A stretch of 64,000 bases of DNA from an uncultured Acidobacteriota bacterium. Lineage in GTDB: Bacteria > Actinomycetota > Acidimicrobiia > Spongiisociales > ZC4RG35. Positions 19,492 to 30,393 of this stretch are shown here, piece by piece. Positions within the stretch are counted from its first letter, which is position 1; every line of letters begins with the position of its first letter. The notes below the pieces were generated by a model. The model had not been told where the DNA came from and did not search any database. It was given only the letters and a program-made list of their open reading frames with translations. The translations under genes were made by a program, and so were the position numbers. The stretch covers positions 26,825 to 90,824 of the forward strand of contig CAWHEU010000029.1 in the NCBI GenBank assembly GCA_963828465.1, given 5' to 3'.

Positions 19492-21768
19492 CTACGACCC
19501 GGCCCGCTCCCGGCGCTGGGCCTCGGCTACGGCGATGGCGGTCATGTTGACGACGTCGTTGACGGAGGCGTCGCGCTGCATGACGTGGACCGTCTTGGAC
19601 AGCCCGCTGAGGATGGGCCCGATCACCTCGGCGTCGCCGAGCCTGTTGAGCAGCTTGTAGGAGGCGTTGGCGGCGGTCAGGTTTGGGAACACGAGGACGT
19701 TGGCCGCCCGGCTCAAGGCCCCTCTGGGACGTCTATCGGCCAAGAGCTCAGGTATCACCGCGGTGTCCGCCTGCATCTCGCCGTCGACGGGGATGTCCGG
19801 TCGGGCCAAGCGGAAGAGCTCCACCGCACGGCGGACCCGGGCCGGCTCGCTGCCACCGGCCGACCCGAAGTCGGAGTAACTGATGAATGCGACACGGGGG
19901 CTCCGGGCGAAGTCCTCTTCGGCCGTCGTGGTTGCAGCGAGTGCGATCTCGGCCAGCTGCTCGGCGGTCGGCTCGATATTTACCGCACAATCCGTGAAGA
20001 AGTAGGCAGTCCCCCTGACCACGACGAGATACACGGAGCTGACGATGGACCGACCCTCCTCCACCTGGAGCACCTGCAGAGCGGGCCTTATCGTTTCGGG
20101 GTAATAACTGCTGAGCCCGCCGATGACTGCATCGGCCGCCCCTTCCCGCACCATGAGGCACGCGTACATGGCGGGGTCCTCGGTCTGCCTCCTCGCATCC
20201 TGGAGTGACAGGCCCTTGTGCCGGCGAAGCTGTTCGAGGGTGAGCGCATACCGATCCCGCTCCCCCTCTTCCCGTAGGTAATCGATCACGTCGATCCCAT
20301 CGATGGAGATGCCCGCCTCCTCCGCCATGCCATTGATCCGCCCGGCATCACCGAGGAGCACGACGTTGCCGATCCCCTCATCAGTCACCCTCCGGGCCGC
20401 CCGGATCATGCGCACATCTTCGGCATGCGGGTAGACGATCTTCTTCGGCTGCTCCATCGCCCTGGTGGTGATGGCGTTGATCAACCCGTGGGAGGCGTTG
20501 AACCTGGTCTGGAGCTGGGAGATGTACTCGTCGAAATCTTCGATCGGCGCCCGGGCCAGACCCTCCTCCATGGCCGCCTTGGCCACCGCCGGCGCGACCC
20601 GCCAAAGCACTCGAGGGTCGAACGGCTTGGGGATGAGGTACTCAGGGCCGAACTGGAGCCGGTCCAAGTCGTAGGCGCGAAGCACCGAATCGGGCACGGG
20701 CTCCTTGGCCAGCTCGGCGAGGGCACGCACTGCGGCAATCTTCATCCCCTCCGAGACGCCCCGTGCCCTCACGTCGAGAGCGCCCCGGAAGATGAAGGGA
20801 AAGCCGAGGACGTTGTTCACCTGGTTCGGGTAGTCACTGCGCCCGGTGGCCATCACCACATCCGGCCTTGCCGCCAATGCGTCCGCGTAGCTGATCTCGG
20901 GATCGGGGTTGGCCAGCGCGAAGACGATCGGCCGCTCGGCCATCGTCTGGACCATCTCCTTGGTCACGGTCCCGGCGATGGAGACTCCGATGAACGCATC
21001 TGCGCCGACGAGGGCATCCTCGAGCGTTCGGGCACTCGTCTCTACCGCGAATTCTCTCTTGATGTCGTTGAGGTCGTCGCGTCCGTTGTGGATAACGCCG
21101 ATCGAGTCGACCATGAGGATGTTCTCCGGGCTCATGCCGAGCTCGATGAAGAACCTCGCTGAAGCGATGCCGGCGGCTCCCGCCCCGGCGAAGACCACCT
21201 TCACACGGGAGATGTCCCGCCCCGTCAGCTCGAGAGCGTTGAGGAAGGCCGCCCCACCGATGATGGCGGTCCCGTGCTGGTCGTCGTGGAACACGGGGAT
21301 GTCGAGCCGATCACGCAGGGTCTGCTCGATTTCGAAGCACTCCGGCGCTTTGATGTCCTCGAGATTGATGCCGCCGACCGTTGGGGCCAGCATCTCGCAG
21401 AATCTGATCACGTCTTCCGGCTCGGTGGCGTCGATCTCCAGGTCGAACACGTCGATATCGGCGAAGCGCTTGAACAACACGCTTTTGCCTTCCATCACCG
21501 GCTTGCTGGCCAGTGGACCGATGTTGCCCAGACCGAGCACCGCAGTCCCGTTGGACACCACAGCGACCAGGTTTCCCCTGTTGGTGAACCGAAACGCGGC
21601 ATCAGCATCCTCGGCGATGACGAGGCAGGGCTCGGCCACGCCTGGCGTGTAGGCGAGGCTCAGATCGGCCTGGGTCGCCGTGGGCTTGGTCGACCGGATT
21701 GCCGTCTTGCCCGGGGTGGGCTTCTCGTGGTACTCCAGGGCCTCGGAGAAAGTGGGTTTGCGGGCCAT
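19492..21768 (-). CDS. maeB: NADP-dependent malic enzyme with C-terminal phosphotransacetylase-like domain
   Basis: [39 protein letters not shown] and DGEMQAD. Confidence 0.93.
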   Translation of the reverse strand: MARKPTFSEALEYHEKPTPGKTAIRSTKPTATQADLSLAYTPGVAEPCLVIAEDADAAFRFTNRGNLVAVVSNGTAVLGLGNIGPLASKPVMEGKSVLFKRFADIDVFDLEIDATEPEDVIRFCEMLAPTVGGINLEDIKAPECFEIEQTLRDRLDIPVFHDDQHGTAIIGGAAFLNALELTGRDISRVKVVFAGAGAAGIASARFFIELGMSPENILMVDSIGVIHNGRDDLNDIKREFAVETSARTLEDALVGADAFIGVSIAGTVTKEMVQTMAERPIVFALANPDPEISYADALAARPDVVMATGRSDYPNQVNNVLGFPFIFRGALDVRARGVSEGMKIAAVRALAELAKEPVPDSVLRAYDLDRLQFGPEYLIPKPFDPRVLWRVAPAVAKAAMEEGLARAPIEDFDEYISQLQTRFNASHGLINAITTRAMEQPKKIVYPHAEDVRMIRAARRVTDEGIGNVVLLGDAGRINGMAEEAGISIDGIDVIDYLREEGERDRYALTLEQLRRHKGLSLQDARRQTEDPAMYACLMVREGAADAVIGGLSSYYPETIRPALQVLQVEEGRSIVSSVYLVVVRGTAYFFTDCAVNIEPTAEQLAEIALAATTTAEEDFARSPRVAFISYSDFGSAGGSEPARVRRAVELFRLARPDIPVDGEMQADTAVIPELLADRRPRGALSRAANVLVFPNLTAANASYKLLNRLGDAEVIGPILSGLSKTVHVMQRDASVNDVVNMTAIAVAEAQRRERAGS

Positions 21769-21868
21769 CTGAGCCCCGAGCCTATCTGCCAGGAGGGATC
21801 GGCGACACAGCCGCCCATGGGCCGGGAGTTCCCCTTGACCCCTGCACATGCGAGAATTGCAGGGAGAG

Positions 21869-22177
21869 ATGATGACTTCGAACCTTCCTATCTACCACGA
21901 CAACGGCTACAAGGTCATGGCCGGCTGGAGGGTGGGTCACGCCCCGGAGGAGTCCACCACCCGCTCGGGGCTCCTCGTTCCTATCGGCACGAAGGACGGA
22001 AACGACGCACTCACCCTCGTCGACGTGAGGACGGGCCAGCGCTTCTGGGCGGTGCCTACCGGAGCATGGCGGTTCATCTGGCCGGCCACGGGGAAGCCGG
22101 TCATCGCGGTGCGTGAGTCCCAGATCATCGCCGAGGAGGAAGTCGATCATGTCGGAGATGAGGGTCAGTACCTCTGA
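21869..22177 (+). CDS. Hypothetical protein with remote GroES/Cpn10-like motifs
   Basis: SD GGGAGAG; EESTTRSGLLVP, DVRTGQRF and VRESQIIA are colinear with GroES motifs. Confidence 0.6.
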   Translation: MMTSNLPIYHDNGYKVMAGWRVGHAPEESTTRSGLLVPIGTKDGNDALTLVDVRTGQRFWAVPTGAWRFIWPATGKPVIAVRESQIIAEEEVDHVGDEGQYL

Positions 22178-22238
22178 GCGGCGTTAATCCCCCGCCATCG
22201 CGCGGTCCAACCCGCGAACATCCTGCTCTCCGAGCATC

Positions 22239-23546
22239 ATGACCCAAGAACACGCCTCCAGACGCCGTCGTCGCCTCACCGCGACGATCACCGATCTCGA
22301 AGTCGCCATACAGCGGGCCTTCCTGGTCGGCGTCGAGCTGCCCGGAATGACCACCGTCGATTCCGAGCGCAGCCTGGAGGAGCTCGCCTTGCTCACCGAC
22401 ACCGCCGGATCCGAGCCGGTGGATCAGGAACTGGTGCGCCGCACACGGATCGACCCCGCCACCTACATCGGGTCTGGCAAGGCCGAGGAGATCGCCACTC
22501 TTACCAACGCTCTCGACATCGATGTGGTCGTGTTCGACAACCAGCTGACCCCGGCGCAACAGCGCAATCTCCAGAAGCTCTTCGGCTGCGACGTGGTGGA
22601 TCGGGAAGGCCTCATCCTCGACATCTTCGCCCAGCACGCCCACACCAAGGTCGGTGCCCTCCAGGTGGAGCTGGCGATGAACCGGTACAACCTGCCCCGA
22701 CTTCGAGGTCGAGGAACAAGTCTCTCCCAACAGGGTGCCGGGGTGCTCGCCCGCGGTCCCGGCGAGACGAAGCTCGAGACGGATCGACGGCGAATCCTCG
22801 AGCGCAACTCGAAGCTCGAACGCGAGTTGAAGGAGACGGTGAAGCATCGGGCTACCCAGCGCAAGGCGAGGAAGAGATCCGATATCGCCCAGATATCCAT
22901 CGTCGGATACACCAACGCCGGTAAATCCACCCTTCTCAATGCTGTCACCAACGCCGACGTGCTGGTCGAGGACAGGCTCTTCGCCACCCTCGACCCCACC
23001 GTGCGGAGGCTCGAGCTGACCGACCAGCAGACCGTGCTCTTGGCCGACACGGTTGGCTTCGTGCGGCGTCTCCCTCATCACCTGGTCGAGGCATTCCGGT
23101 CGACCCTGTCCGAGGTGGCCGAGGCCGACCTCCTGCTCCACGTGGTGGATGGAACCGATCCGGACCCCGCCGGACAGATCGCGGCGGTTCGCGAGGTGTT
23201 GCTGGAGATCGGAGCGGCCGAGATCCCGGAGCTGACGGTCATCAACAAGAGCGACATGATGGGTGAGCAAGCACTGAACCGCCTGACCAATCTCTATCCG
23301 GATGCCGTGTTCATCTCGGCCCTAAAGGGGGTCGGGCTCGAGGAGTTGCTGGAACGGATCGGCTCACTGGTTGAGCGGGCCACGGTCACCCTCACCCTCG
23401 AGATCCCCTACGCCCGGGGTGATCTGGTGGCCGCCGTCCATCGGGTGGGAGAGGTGATCGAGGAAAAGCACGACGACAACGGCATGATCCTCGAGGTGCG
23501 GGTCCCCGAGACAGCACGCGCTCAATTCGCACCCTTCAGTCGTTGA
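22239..23546 (+). CDS. hflX: Ribosome-splitting GTPase HflX
   Basis: YIGSGKAEE, LILDIFAQHA, GPGETKLETDRR, GYTNAGKST, FATLDPT and DTVGF. Confidence 0.95.
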   Translation: MTQEHASRRRRRLTATITDLEVAIQRAFLVGVELPGMTTVDSERSLEELALLTDTAGSEPVDQELVRRTRIDPATYIGSGKAEEIATLTNALDIDVVVFDNQLTPAQQRNLQKLFGCDVVDREGLILDIFAQHAHTKVGALQVELAMNRYNLPRLRGRGTSLSQQGAGVLARGPGETKLETDRRRILERNSKLERELKETVKHRATQRKARKRSDIAQISIVGYTNAGKSTLLNAVTNADVLVEDRLFATLDPTVRRLELTDQQTVLLADTVGFVRRLPHHLVEAFRSTLSEVAEADLLLHVVDGTDPDPAGQIAAVREVLLEIGAAEIPELTVINKSDMMGEQALNRLTNLYPDAVFISALKGVGLEELLERIGSLVERATVTLTLEIPYARGDLVAAVHRVGEVIEEKHDDNGMILEVRVPETARAQFAPFSR

Positions 23547-23549
23547 TAT

Positions 23550-24293
23550 TCAGTCGCTGAAGGCGAGGGCAGCGGCGCCGACGATCCCGGCGTTGTTGGC
23601 CAGAGCCGCTTTGGTCGTCTTGACGTCGTCGAAGGTGACGTGCGAGGCGAACTCATCCCAGAACTTGGAGATTCCCCCTCCGATGACGATCAGGTCAGGG
23701 GTGAACACCTCATTGGCCAGGATTATGAACTCGCGGGCTCGCTCACCCCATTCGTCCCAGCTCAGACCTTCCGCCCGCCTCGATTTCGCCGAGTAGCGCT
23801 GCTCCGCAGGCCGCACCCCGGCTAGCTCGAGCTGGCCCAACTCGATGTTGGGCAGGACCTTCCCGTCGACGATCAGGGCACTTCCGATCCCCGTCCCGAA
23901 GGTGAGCACGAGGACCTTCCCGTTCACGCCCTTGGCAGCTCCGTATCGAACTTCGGCCAGGCCTGCGGCATCGGCGTCGTTGATCATGATGATATCCCGC
24001 CCGATGGTTGTCTCGAAGAGCTCCAGTGCGTTCACACCGATCCACGACTTGTCGATGTTGTTGGCGGTGGCCACCCAACCCTGACGAATCACCGAGGGAA
24101 AGCCGAGACCGAGGCGCCCGGGGGCGTCTAGTTGGTCCACCAGCTCTTTGACCGCGGCAGCAACGGCGTTCGGCGTGGACGGCTCGGGGGTGTCCACCCG
24201 AAGGCGGCCACTCACGAGCTCACCGGCCTCCACGTCGACCACCCCGGCCTTCACGCCGGACCCACCTACGTCGACGCCGATCCTGGTTGTCAC
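23550..24293 (-). CDS. ppgK: Polyphosphate glucokinase (ROK family)
   Basis: IGVDVGGSGVK, ANNIDKSWIG, NDADAAG, TFGTGIGSA and NNAGIVGAA. Confidence 0.88.
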   Translation of the reverse strand: MTTRIGVDVGGSGVKAGVVDVEAGELVSGRLRVDTPEPSTPNAVAAAVKELVDQLDAPGRLGLGFPSVIRQGWVATANNIDKSWIGVNALELFETTIGRDIIMINDADAAGLAEVRYGAAKGVNGKVLVLTFGTGIGSALIVDGKVLPNIELGQLELAGVRPAEQRYSAKSRRAEGLSWDEWGERAREFIILANEVFTPDLIVIGGGISKFWDEFASHVTFDDVKTTKAALANNAGIVGAAALAFSD

Positions 24294-24344
24294 GGCGGGC
24301 GAGACTAGTGGGGTGCCAAATCGAACCATTACTCTCGGATTCCG

Positions 24345-25745
24345 ATGAGTGGCCAGGCCGATATCGCGGTAGCGGGTCTCGGGGTGATGGGAGCAAACCT
24401 CGCCCTGAATCTGGCCGACAAGGGACACCTGGTCGCCGCCTACAACCGGACCACCTCGGTCACCGACGAGTTCATGGCAGGCGAGGCCAGGGATCTGGGC
24501 GTTCTCCCAGCAACCTCGATAGAAGAGATGGTGGGGATGTTGAGCCGGCCGCGCGTGGTCCTCATCATGGTCACGGCGGGCAAGCCGGTCGACGCGGTGA
24601 TCGACAGCCTTCTCGATCACCTGGAAGATGGCGACATCATCATCGACGGTGGGAACTCGCTGTACTCCGATACCGACCGACGCCAGGCCTTTGTCGAATC
24701 ACGGGGCCTCCTCTACCTCGGGATAGGCGTGTCCGGTGGTGAGGAAGGTGCGCGTCACGGGCCGTCGATCATGCCTGGGGGGAGCAGGAAGGCATGGGAA
24801 CACGTCGAGCCCATGCTCAAGTCGATCGCCGCCAAAGCTCCCGACGGCAAGCCGTGCTGTGAGTGGATCGGCACCGGTGGGGCCGGCCATTTCGTCAAAA
24901 TGGTCCACAACGGCATCGAATACGGTGACATGCAGGTCATCGCGGAGGCCTACGACCTGATGCGACGGGGCTTGGGAATGAGCCCTGCCGAGATGTCCAA
25001 GGTCTTCGCCCGTTGGGACGAAGGCCGGCTTCGCTCCTACCTCATCGAGATCACCAGCGACATCCTGGCCACAGAGCTGGACGGTCAGCCGATCGTCGAC
25101 GTGATCCTCGATGCCGCGGGGCAGAAGGGCACCGGCAAATGGACGGTCATCTCATCGTTGGACCTCGGCCAGCCGACGACACTCGTGGCCGAGGCGGTCT
25201 ACGCCCGGATCGTCAGCTCCGACCCCGACGCCCGCAAACGGGCAGCCGCCATCTATGCCAATGGCCTCGGCGCGCTCGGAGCAGTGACGCCCGACGATGT
25301 TGAGAGCGCCCTCTACGCCTCGAAGATCATCTCCTATGCCCAGGGGTTCCGACTGATGCGAGCGGCCTCCGACGAATACGGCTGGGATCTCGACCTGGCG
25401 ACGATCGCCTCGATCTGGCGGGCGGGATGCATCATCCGGGCGGTGTTCCTTGAGGACATCACCGCTGCCTTCCTGCGCGATCCATCACTTCCCGACATGA
25501 TCGAGGACGACTTCTTCTCGGGTGCCCTCGAGCATGCCGGAGCGTCATGGCGCGGGGTGGTGGCCGGTGCGGCGATGTCTGGCATCCCGGCTCCTGCTTA
25601 CTCCAGCGCCTTGTCCTACTTCGACGGGATGAGGTCGGAGCGTCTACCGGCCAACCTGATTCAGGCGCAGAGGGACTTCTTCGGGGCTCACACCTTCGAA
25701 CGCTCGGATAGCCCCAGAGGCGAGTTCTTCCACCACAACTGGTAG
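24345..25745 (+). CDS. gnd: 6-phosphogluconate dehydrogenase, NADP-dependent, decarboxylating
   Basis: GLGVMG.NLALN, GHFVKMVHNGIEYGDMQ, QKGTGKWT and QAQRDFFGAH. Confidence 0.96.
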   Translation: MSGQADIAVAGLGVMGANLALNLADKGHLVAAYNRTTSVTDEFMAGEARDLGVLPATSIEEMVGMLSRPRVVLIMVTAGKPVDAVIDSLLDHLEDGDIIIDGGNSLYSDTDRRQAFVESRGLLYLGIGVSGGEEGARHGPSIMPGGSRKAWEHVEPMLKSIAAKAPDGKPCCEWIGTGGAGHFVKMVHNGIEYGDMQVIAEAYDLMRRGLGMSPAEMSKVFARWDEGRLRSYLIEITSDILATELDGQPIVDVILDAAGQKGTGKWTVISSLDLGQPTTLVAEAVYARIVSSDPDARKRAAAIYANGLGALGAVTPDDVESALYASKIISYAQGFRLMRAASDEYGWDLDLATIASIWRAGCIIRAVFLEDITAAFLRDPSLPDMIEDDFFSGALEHAGASWRGVVAGAAMSGIPAPAYSSALSYFDGMRSERLPANLIQAQRDFFGAHTFERSDSPRGEFFHHNW

Positions 25746-25854
25746 GGCGGCGGCAGCCCCGGCCGACCGGCGTCTGTTTGGCCGAGGCTGCGAAGACGCG
25801 TGGTAGTCGAATTCGCGGCCGTGAGGGTTGGCCTCGGCCAAAATCGGCCGGCAA

Positions 25855-27081
25855 TTAAAGCGGCGGGGTTCCGGGTACTGCGATTCGCTCTCCGGTGTCG
25901 AAACCCGGATCGGCTTCGTCGGCTTCTTCGACGTGTTGGCGCCGGATCCCCATGGTGAACAGGATCGCGTCCAGGTAGGGGACCGTGATCGCCGTGTCCG
26001 CTTTCTCCTTGACGACGGGCTTCGCATTGAAGGCGATACCAAGCCCCGCCGTGGCCAACATGTCGAGGTCGTTGGCGCCGTCGCCCACCGCCACAACCTG
26101 TGACAGGGGGATGCCTTCAGCCTCGGCGATTGTCTTGAGAAAGGCGGCCTTGCGCGGGCCATCGACGATCTCCCCGGCGAGCTGGCCGGTGAGGAACCCG
26201 TCCTTCATCTCGAGGGTGTTGGAGAGCGAGTAATCGATGCCGAGATCGGAGGCGAGGACATCGGTGAACCGCGTGAAGCCGGCCGAAACGATGGCCGTGA
26301 CCAAGCCGAGCCGCTTCAGAGTGCGGATGAAGGTCCGCGCCCCGCTGGTGAGAGTGATGTTCTCGTGGACCCTGGTGATGGCCGTCTGGTCGAGGCCTTT
26401 GAGCAGGCCGACCCGCTCGCGCAACGACTCCTCGAAGTCGATCGACCCGTTCAGGGCGAGACTGGTGAGGTCGGCGCACCGCTCCTCGGCCCCCGCCTCC
26501 CTGGCGAGGAGATTGATGACTTCCTCCTGGATCAGCGTCGAGTCGACGTCCATGATCACCATCCGCTTGCCGCGACGCTCCAGACCGTCGCGCTGGATCG
26601 CGATGTCGATTGGGCGCTCGGCGGCCGCTCGAACCAGGTTCTCCCTCATCCGGTCCAGGTTCCCGTTGCCGACGAGGAGCTCATAGCTCACCACCGGGTA
26701 GCGGGACAGTCGGTAGATGCGGTCGATGTTCCCTCCGGCGTCGGCGATTGCCGCCGCCACCGATCCGAAGTCTTCCGGGCCCACTCCCATGCCGATCACT
26801 GTCACCACCGACATCGGGCGGGTGGGGGTCGGGGTGTCGTCGACCTTCTCGAACTCGACATTGAGCCCACGCTCCCAACCGAAGAAGAGAAGGTCTCTGA
26901 TCGTGGCCCGCTCGCCGGAGACACCGATCAGCACGTTCAGGGTGAGCCGGCCACGGACCACTATCTGCTCGACGTCATAGATCTCGACCTCGGCCTCGGC
27001 CAGCACCGCCATCAGACCGGCCGAGATCCCCGGCCCATCTGGTCCATGGACCGCGACAAGGATCGTCGAGTGTTCAGTCAC
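25855..27081 (-). CDS. serB: Phosphoserine phosphatase with two ACT domains
   Basis: GPDGPGI ACT domain; MDVDSTLIQEEVI, FEESLRERV and GDGANDL. Confidence 0.93.
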   Translation of the reverse strand: MTEHSTILVAVHGPDGPGISAGLMAVLAEAEVEIYDVEQIVVRGRLTLNVLIGVSGERATIRDLLFFGWERGLNVEFEKVDDTPTPTRPMSVVTVIGMGVGPEDFGSVAAAIADAGGNIDRIYRLSRYPVVSYELLVGNGNLDRMRENLVRAAAERPIDIAIQRDGLERRGKRMVIMDVDSTLIQEEVINLLAREAGAEERCADLTSLALNGSIDFEESLRERVGLLKGLDQTAITRVHENITLTSGARTFIRTLKRLGLVTAIVSAGFTRFTDVLASDLGIDYSLSNTLEMKDGFLTGQLAGEIVDGPRKAAFLKTIAEAEGIPLSQVVAVGDGANDLDMLATAGLGIAFNAKPVVKEKADTAITVPYLDAILFTMGIRRQHVEEADEADPGFDTGERIAVPGTPPL

Positions 27082-27168
27082 AGGCCCTCAGGGTAAAGGC
27101 CTCGATGCCTTGCACAATGTCAGGCCGTTACCATCGGCCGCGTCCACAGTTCATGGGGAGGCTTCCAA

Positions 27169-29727
27169 TTGTCTGAGTACCCGTTCCGGTTGCCCCGGAC
27201 CGCGATCCCTGTCCACTACGACCTCCGCCTCGAGCCGGATCTGGGCACCTTCACCTTCGACGGAGAGGTCTCTATTCGGATCGGCATCACGGAGACCCTC
27301 AATGAGATAGTCCTCAATGTCGCCGAGATCGACATCAAGACCACGACGCTCAGTGGAGAGGACGGAGAGACCGCGGTCACCGGGGTCACTTACGACAACG
27401 AGTACTCCAGGGCCACGTTGACGCTGGAGCACCCCGTGGCCCCCGGCACATACACCCTCGGCATCACCTACACAGGGATCATCAACGACCAGCTCCGTGG
27501 GCTCTATCGGTCGATCTACCGCGACGAGGACGGGACCGAGCACGTCATCGCCACTTCGCAGTGCCAGGCCACCGACGCCCGCCGCGTTCTCCCATGCTGG
27601 GACGAGCCGGACTTGAAGGCAACGTTCAAGACCACGATGGTCGTCGCGGAGGGGATGGAGGCCTTCTCGAATGGCGCCGAGATCTCCAGGACCACTCTCG
27701 ACGACGGCAAGGTCCGCTTCGAGTTCACCGAGACGATGAAGATGTCCACCTACTTGCTGGCCTTCATCGTGGGTCCCTTCGAGGCGACCGACCCTGTTTC
27801 GAGCAAGGACACGGCGATACGGATCATCGTTCCCAAAGGAAACCTCCACCTCACCGCTCTCGCCCTGGAGAACGCCGTCTTCTGTTTCGAGTACCTCTCC
27901 GATTACTACGGGATCCCATACCCGGAGCAGAAGCTGGACCACATCGCCATCCCCGACTTCGCCGCCGGTGCCATGGAGAACGTCGGGCTGATCACGTATC
28001 GGGACGCCTATCTCATGCTCGACGAGGCGAAGGCGAGCCAGAGTGAGCTTCAGGCCTGCCTCGACGTGATCGGGCACGAGATCGCCCATCAGTGGTTCGG
28101 CAACCTGGTCACCATGCGGTGGTGGGAGGGCGCCTGGCTCAACGAGGCGTTCGCCAGCTTCATGGAGCTGAAGGCCACGGATTCCAGGAAGCCGGACTGG
28201 AAGCGGTGGCTGGCCTTTGCCAACCTCGAGGTGCCATGGGCGATGGGCACCGACCAGCTGGCGACGACCCGGCCCATCGAGTTCGAGGTCAACTCGCCGG
28301 CCGAAGTCGACGAGATGTTCGACTCCATCACCTATGGCAAGGGCTCGGCCGTCTTGAGGATGATCGAGCAATTCATCGGCGAAGAGGAGTTCCGCACCGG
28401 GGTTGGCAACTATCTGCGCAAGCACGAGTACGCCAACACGGTCACAAGCGACCTCTGGGAAGGGCTGGACGGCGCAGCCGACTGGCCGGTCGGCGAGATC
28501 ATGGACACCTGGGTCAACCAGAAGGGTTTCCCTCAGATCGATGTCAGGGTCGTGCCGGAGGGAATCCATCTCAGCCAGCGCCGCTTCCTGGCCATACCGG
28601 ACGAGACCGACATGACGATCTGGGACGTCCCCATCCAACTGCGCGGTGTCGTAGACGGTGAGCCCTTCGAGACGAAGGTCCTCCTCACCGACGACGAGAC
28701 GGTGGTCCCGATCGAGGGCCCGTTCGACTTCGTGGTCGCCAACGCCGGTGGTCATGGGTTCTACCGGACCCGTTACTCCGACGAGCTGTTCACCGGACTC
28801 CTTGGCCACCTCGACACTCTCGGCGATATCGAACGACACAGCCTCGTCTCGGATACGTGGGCAATGGTTCGTTCGGCTCAAGTGCCGGCGTCCGCCTTCC
28901 TCGACCTGGTCGGCAAGTTTGGCCAGGAGACCGAGCACGCCGTGTGGTCGGTGATCATCGGCGGGCTCCGGTCACTGGAGCATCACGCTCTGGAAGAGCA
29001 GACCCGTCCCGCGTTCGAGACGTTCGTCCGCGATCTGGTCGGACCCGTCCTCGACCGTCTCGGTTGGGAGGGGTCAGGCGACGAGAGCGACCTCACCCGG
29101 AAGCTGCGGGGCGACCTGATCGCAGCCCTGGGCATCCTGGGTGACGAGCCCTCCACCGTCGAAAAGGCGCGGGAGCTCGCCGGCGACGTCCTCGAGGGCG
29201 CCCAATTCGATCCCGAAGTGTGCACCGCCGCCCTGTCGGTCTACTCGCACCACGGAGGGGCCGAGGAATACGAGGCGCTATGGGCCGCCTATCACAAGAC
29301 CAACGCCCCGGCCGAGAAGGTCCGTTATCTCCGCTCCGTTGCCGGGGTCGAGGTGGAGGAACTGGCGCTGTCGACCATGGAGAAGATCGTCAGCGGCGAC
29401 ATCAGGACCCAGGACGGGTTCTGGGTCTTCGCCCGCCTCCTGTCGGGCGAAGCCGGGCCCACCGTGTGGCAAGACGCCCGGAGCCGGTGGGACGAGGTGC
29501 TGGGGGTGATGCCAGGCATGACCAGGAGACGGGTGGTGGAGGGTCTACCCGCCCTCTCCCAGCCAGAGGTCGCAGCCGACGTGAAAAGCTTCTTCGCCGA
29601 GCACCCCATCCCCGAGGCTGCCCGCTTCCTCACCCAGAATCTCGAGCTCCTCGACACCAATGTCCTACTCCGCGAACGGGAGACTCCAGTGGTCACCGAG
29701 TACTTCCGGGATACACCAACTTCCTGA
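27169..29727 (+). CDS. M1 family zinc aminopeptidase
   Basis: GAMEN, HEIAHQWFGNLVT, WLNEAFA and ITYGKG. Confidence 0.95.
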   Translation: MSEYPFRLPRTAIPVHYDLRLEPDLGTFTFDGEVSIRIGITETLNEIVLNVAEIDIKTTTLSGEDGETAVTGVTYDNEYSRATLTLEHPVAPGTYTLGITYTGIINDQLRGLYRSIYRDEDGTEHVIATSQCQATDARRVLPCWDEPDLKATFKTTMVVAEGMEAFSNGAEISRTTLDDGKVRFEFTETMKMSTYLLAFIVGPFEATDPVSSKDTAIRIIVPKGNLHLTALALENAVFCFEYLSDYYGIPYPEQKLDHIAIPDFAAGAMENVGLITYRDAYLMLDEAKASQSELQACLDVIGHEIAHQWFGNLVTMRWWEGAWLNEAFASFMELKATDSRKPDWKRWLAFANLEVPWAMGTDQLATTRPIEFEVNSPAEVDEMFDSITYGKGSAVLRMIEQFIGEEEFRTGVGNYLRKHEYANTVTSDLWEGLDGAADWPVGEIMDTWVNQKGFPQIDVRVVPEGIHLSQRRFLAIPDETDMTIWDVPIQLRGVVDGEPFETKVLLTDDETVVPIEGPFDFVVANAGGHGFYRTRYSDELFTGLLGHLDTLGDIERHSLVSDTWAMVRSAQVPASAFLDLVGKFGQETEHAVWSVIIGGLRSLEHHALEEQTRPAFETFVRDLVGPVLDRLGWEGSGDESDLTRKLRGDLIAALGILGDEPSTVEKARELAGDVLEGAQFDPEVCTAALSVYSHHGGAEEYEALWAAYHKTNAPAEKVRYLRSVAGVEVEELALSTMEKIVSGDIRTQDGFWVFARLLSGEAGPTVWQDARSRWDEVLGVMPGMTRRRVVEGLPALSQPEVAADVKSFFAEHPIPEAARFLTQNLELLDTNVLLRERETPVVTEYFRDTPTS

Positions 29728-29809
29728 CAAACGAGCGCACGGCTTCGCTGACCGATGAGTCTGGGCGGCCGCGCCAGTCCAAGAACTGAACGGCGAAACG
29801 GAGTACGTC

Positions 29810-30343
29810 ATGACACCCGGCGGCACACCTGGGAACACCGAGACCTTCGACATGGTCCTGACACGCACCTTCGACGCGCCCGTGGGCGAGGTGTGGAAGG
29901 CATGGACAGAAGGCGACTACATCCGCGAGTGGTGGGGACCGAGTGGGTTCACCGCTCCGGTCGCCGAGATGGACGTGCGCGAGGGAGGGGCGTCTTTGGT
30001 GGCGATGCGAGCTCCCGACGAGATGGGTGGGTTCGAGCATTTCAACACCTGGAGTTACCAGAAGGTCGCGCCGGAGGAACGTTTGGAGTTCACGTCGCGA
30101 TTCGCAGACCAGGACGGGAACGCGATCGATCCCGCTTCGGTCGGCATCCCTCCTGGCATTCCGATAGAAGTGCCCCACGTCTTGACCTTCGCATCGAGAT
30201 CGGACGGCAGGACCGACTTCACCGTGACCGAATACGGATACACCTCTCCCGACGTGGTCGAGCTGTCGCGGGCAGGCATGGACCAGTGCCTCGACAAGTT
30301 GGCCGCTCTGCTCGCCCAGACTCCTCCACCAACTGACATATGA
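29810..30343 (+). CDS. SRPBCC/AHSA1 domain protein
   Basis: TRTFDAPVGEVWKAWT..WWGP..MDVREGG. Confidence 0.88.
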   Translation: MTPGGTPGNTETFDMVLTRTFDAPVGEVWKAWTEGDYIREWWGPSGFTAPVAEMDVREGGASLVAMRAPDEMGGFEHFNTWSYQKVAPEERLEFTSRFADQDGNAIDPASVGIPPGIPIEVPHVLTFASRSDGRTDFTVTEYGYTSPDVVELSRAGMDQCLDKLAALLAQTPPPTDI

Positions 30344-30373
30344 AAGAGGCCCCGGCTAGGCCGGGACCCTTTC
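30342..30373. terminator. Intrinsic terminator between convergent SRPBCC and rplL genes
   Basis: GAAAG..CCCGGC-TAG-GCCGGG..CTTTC hairpin. Confidence 0.6.
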
Positions 30374-30393
30374 GCAGAACGTCAAACCGCTGA

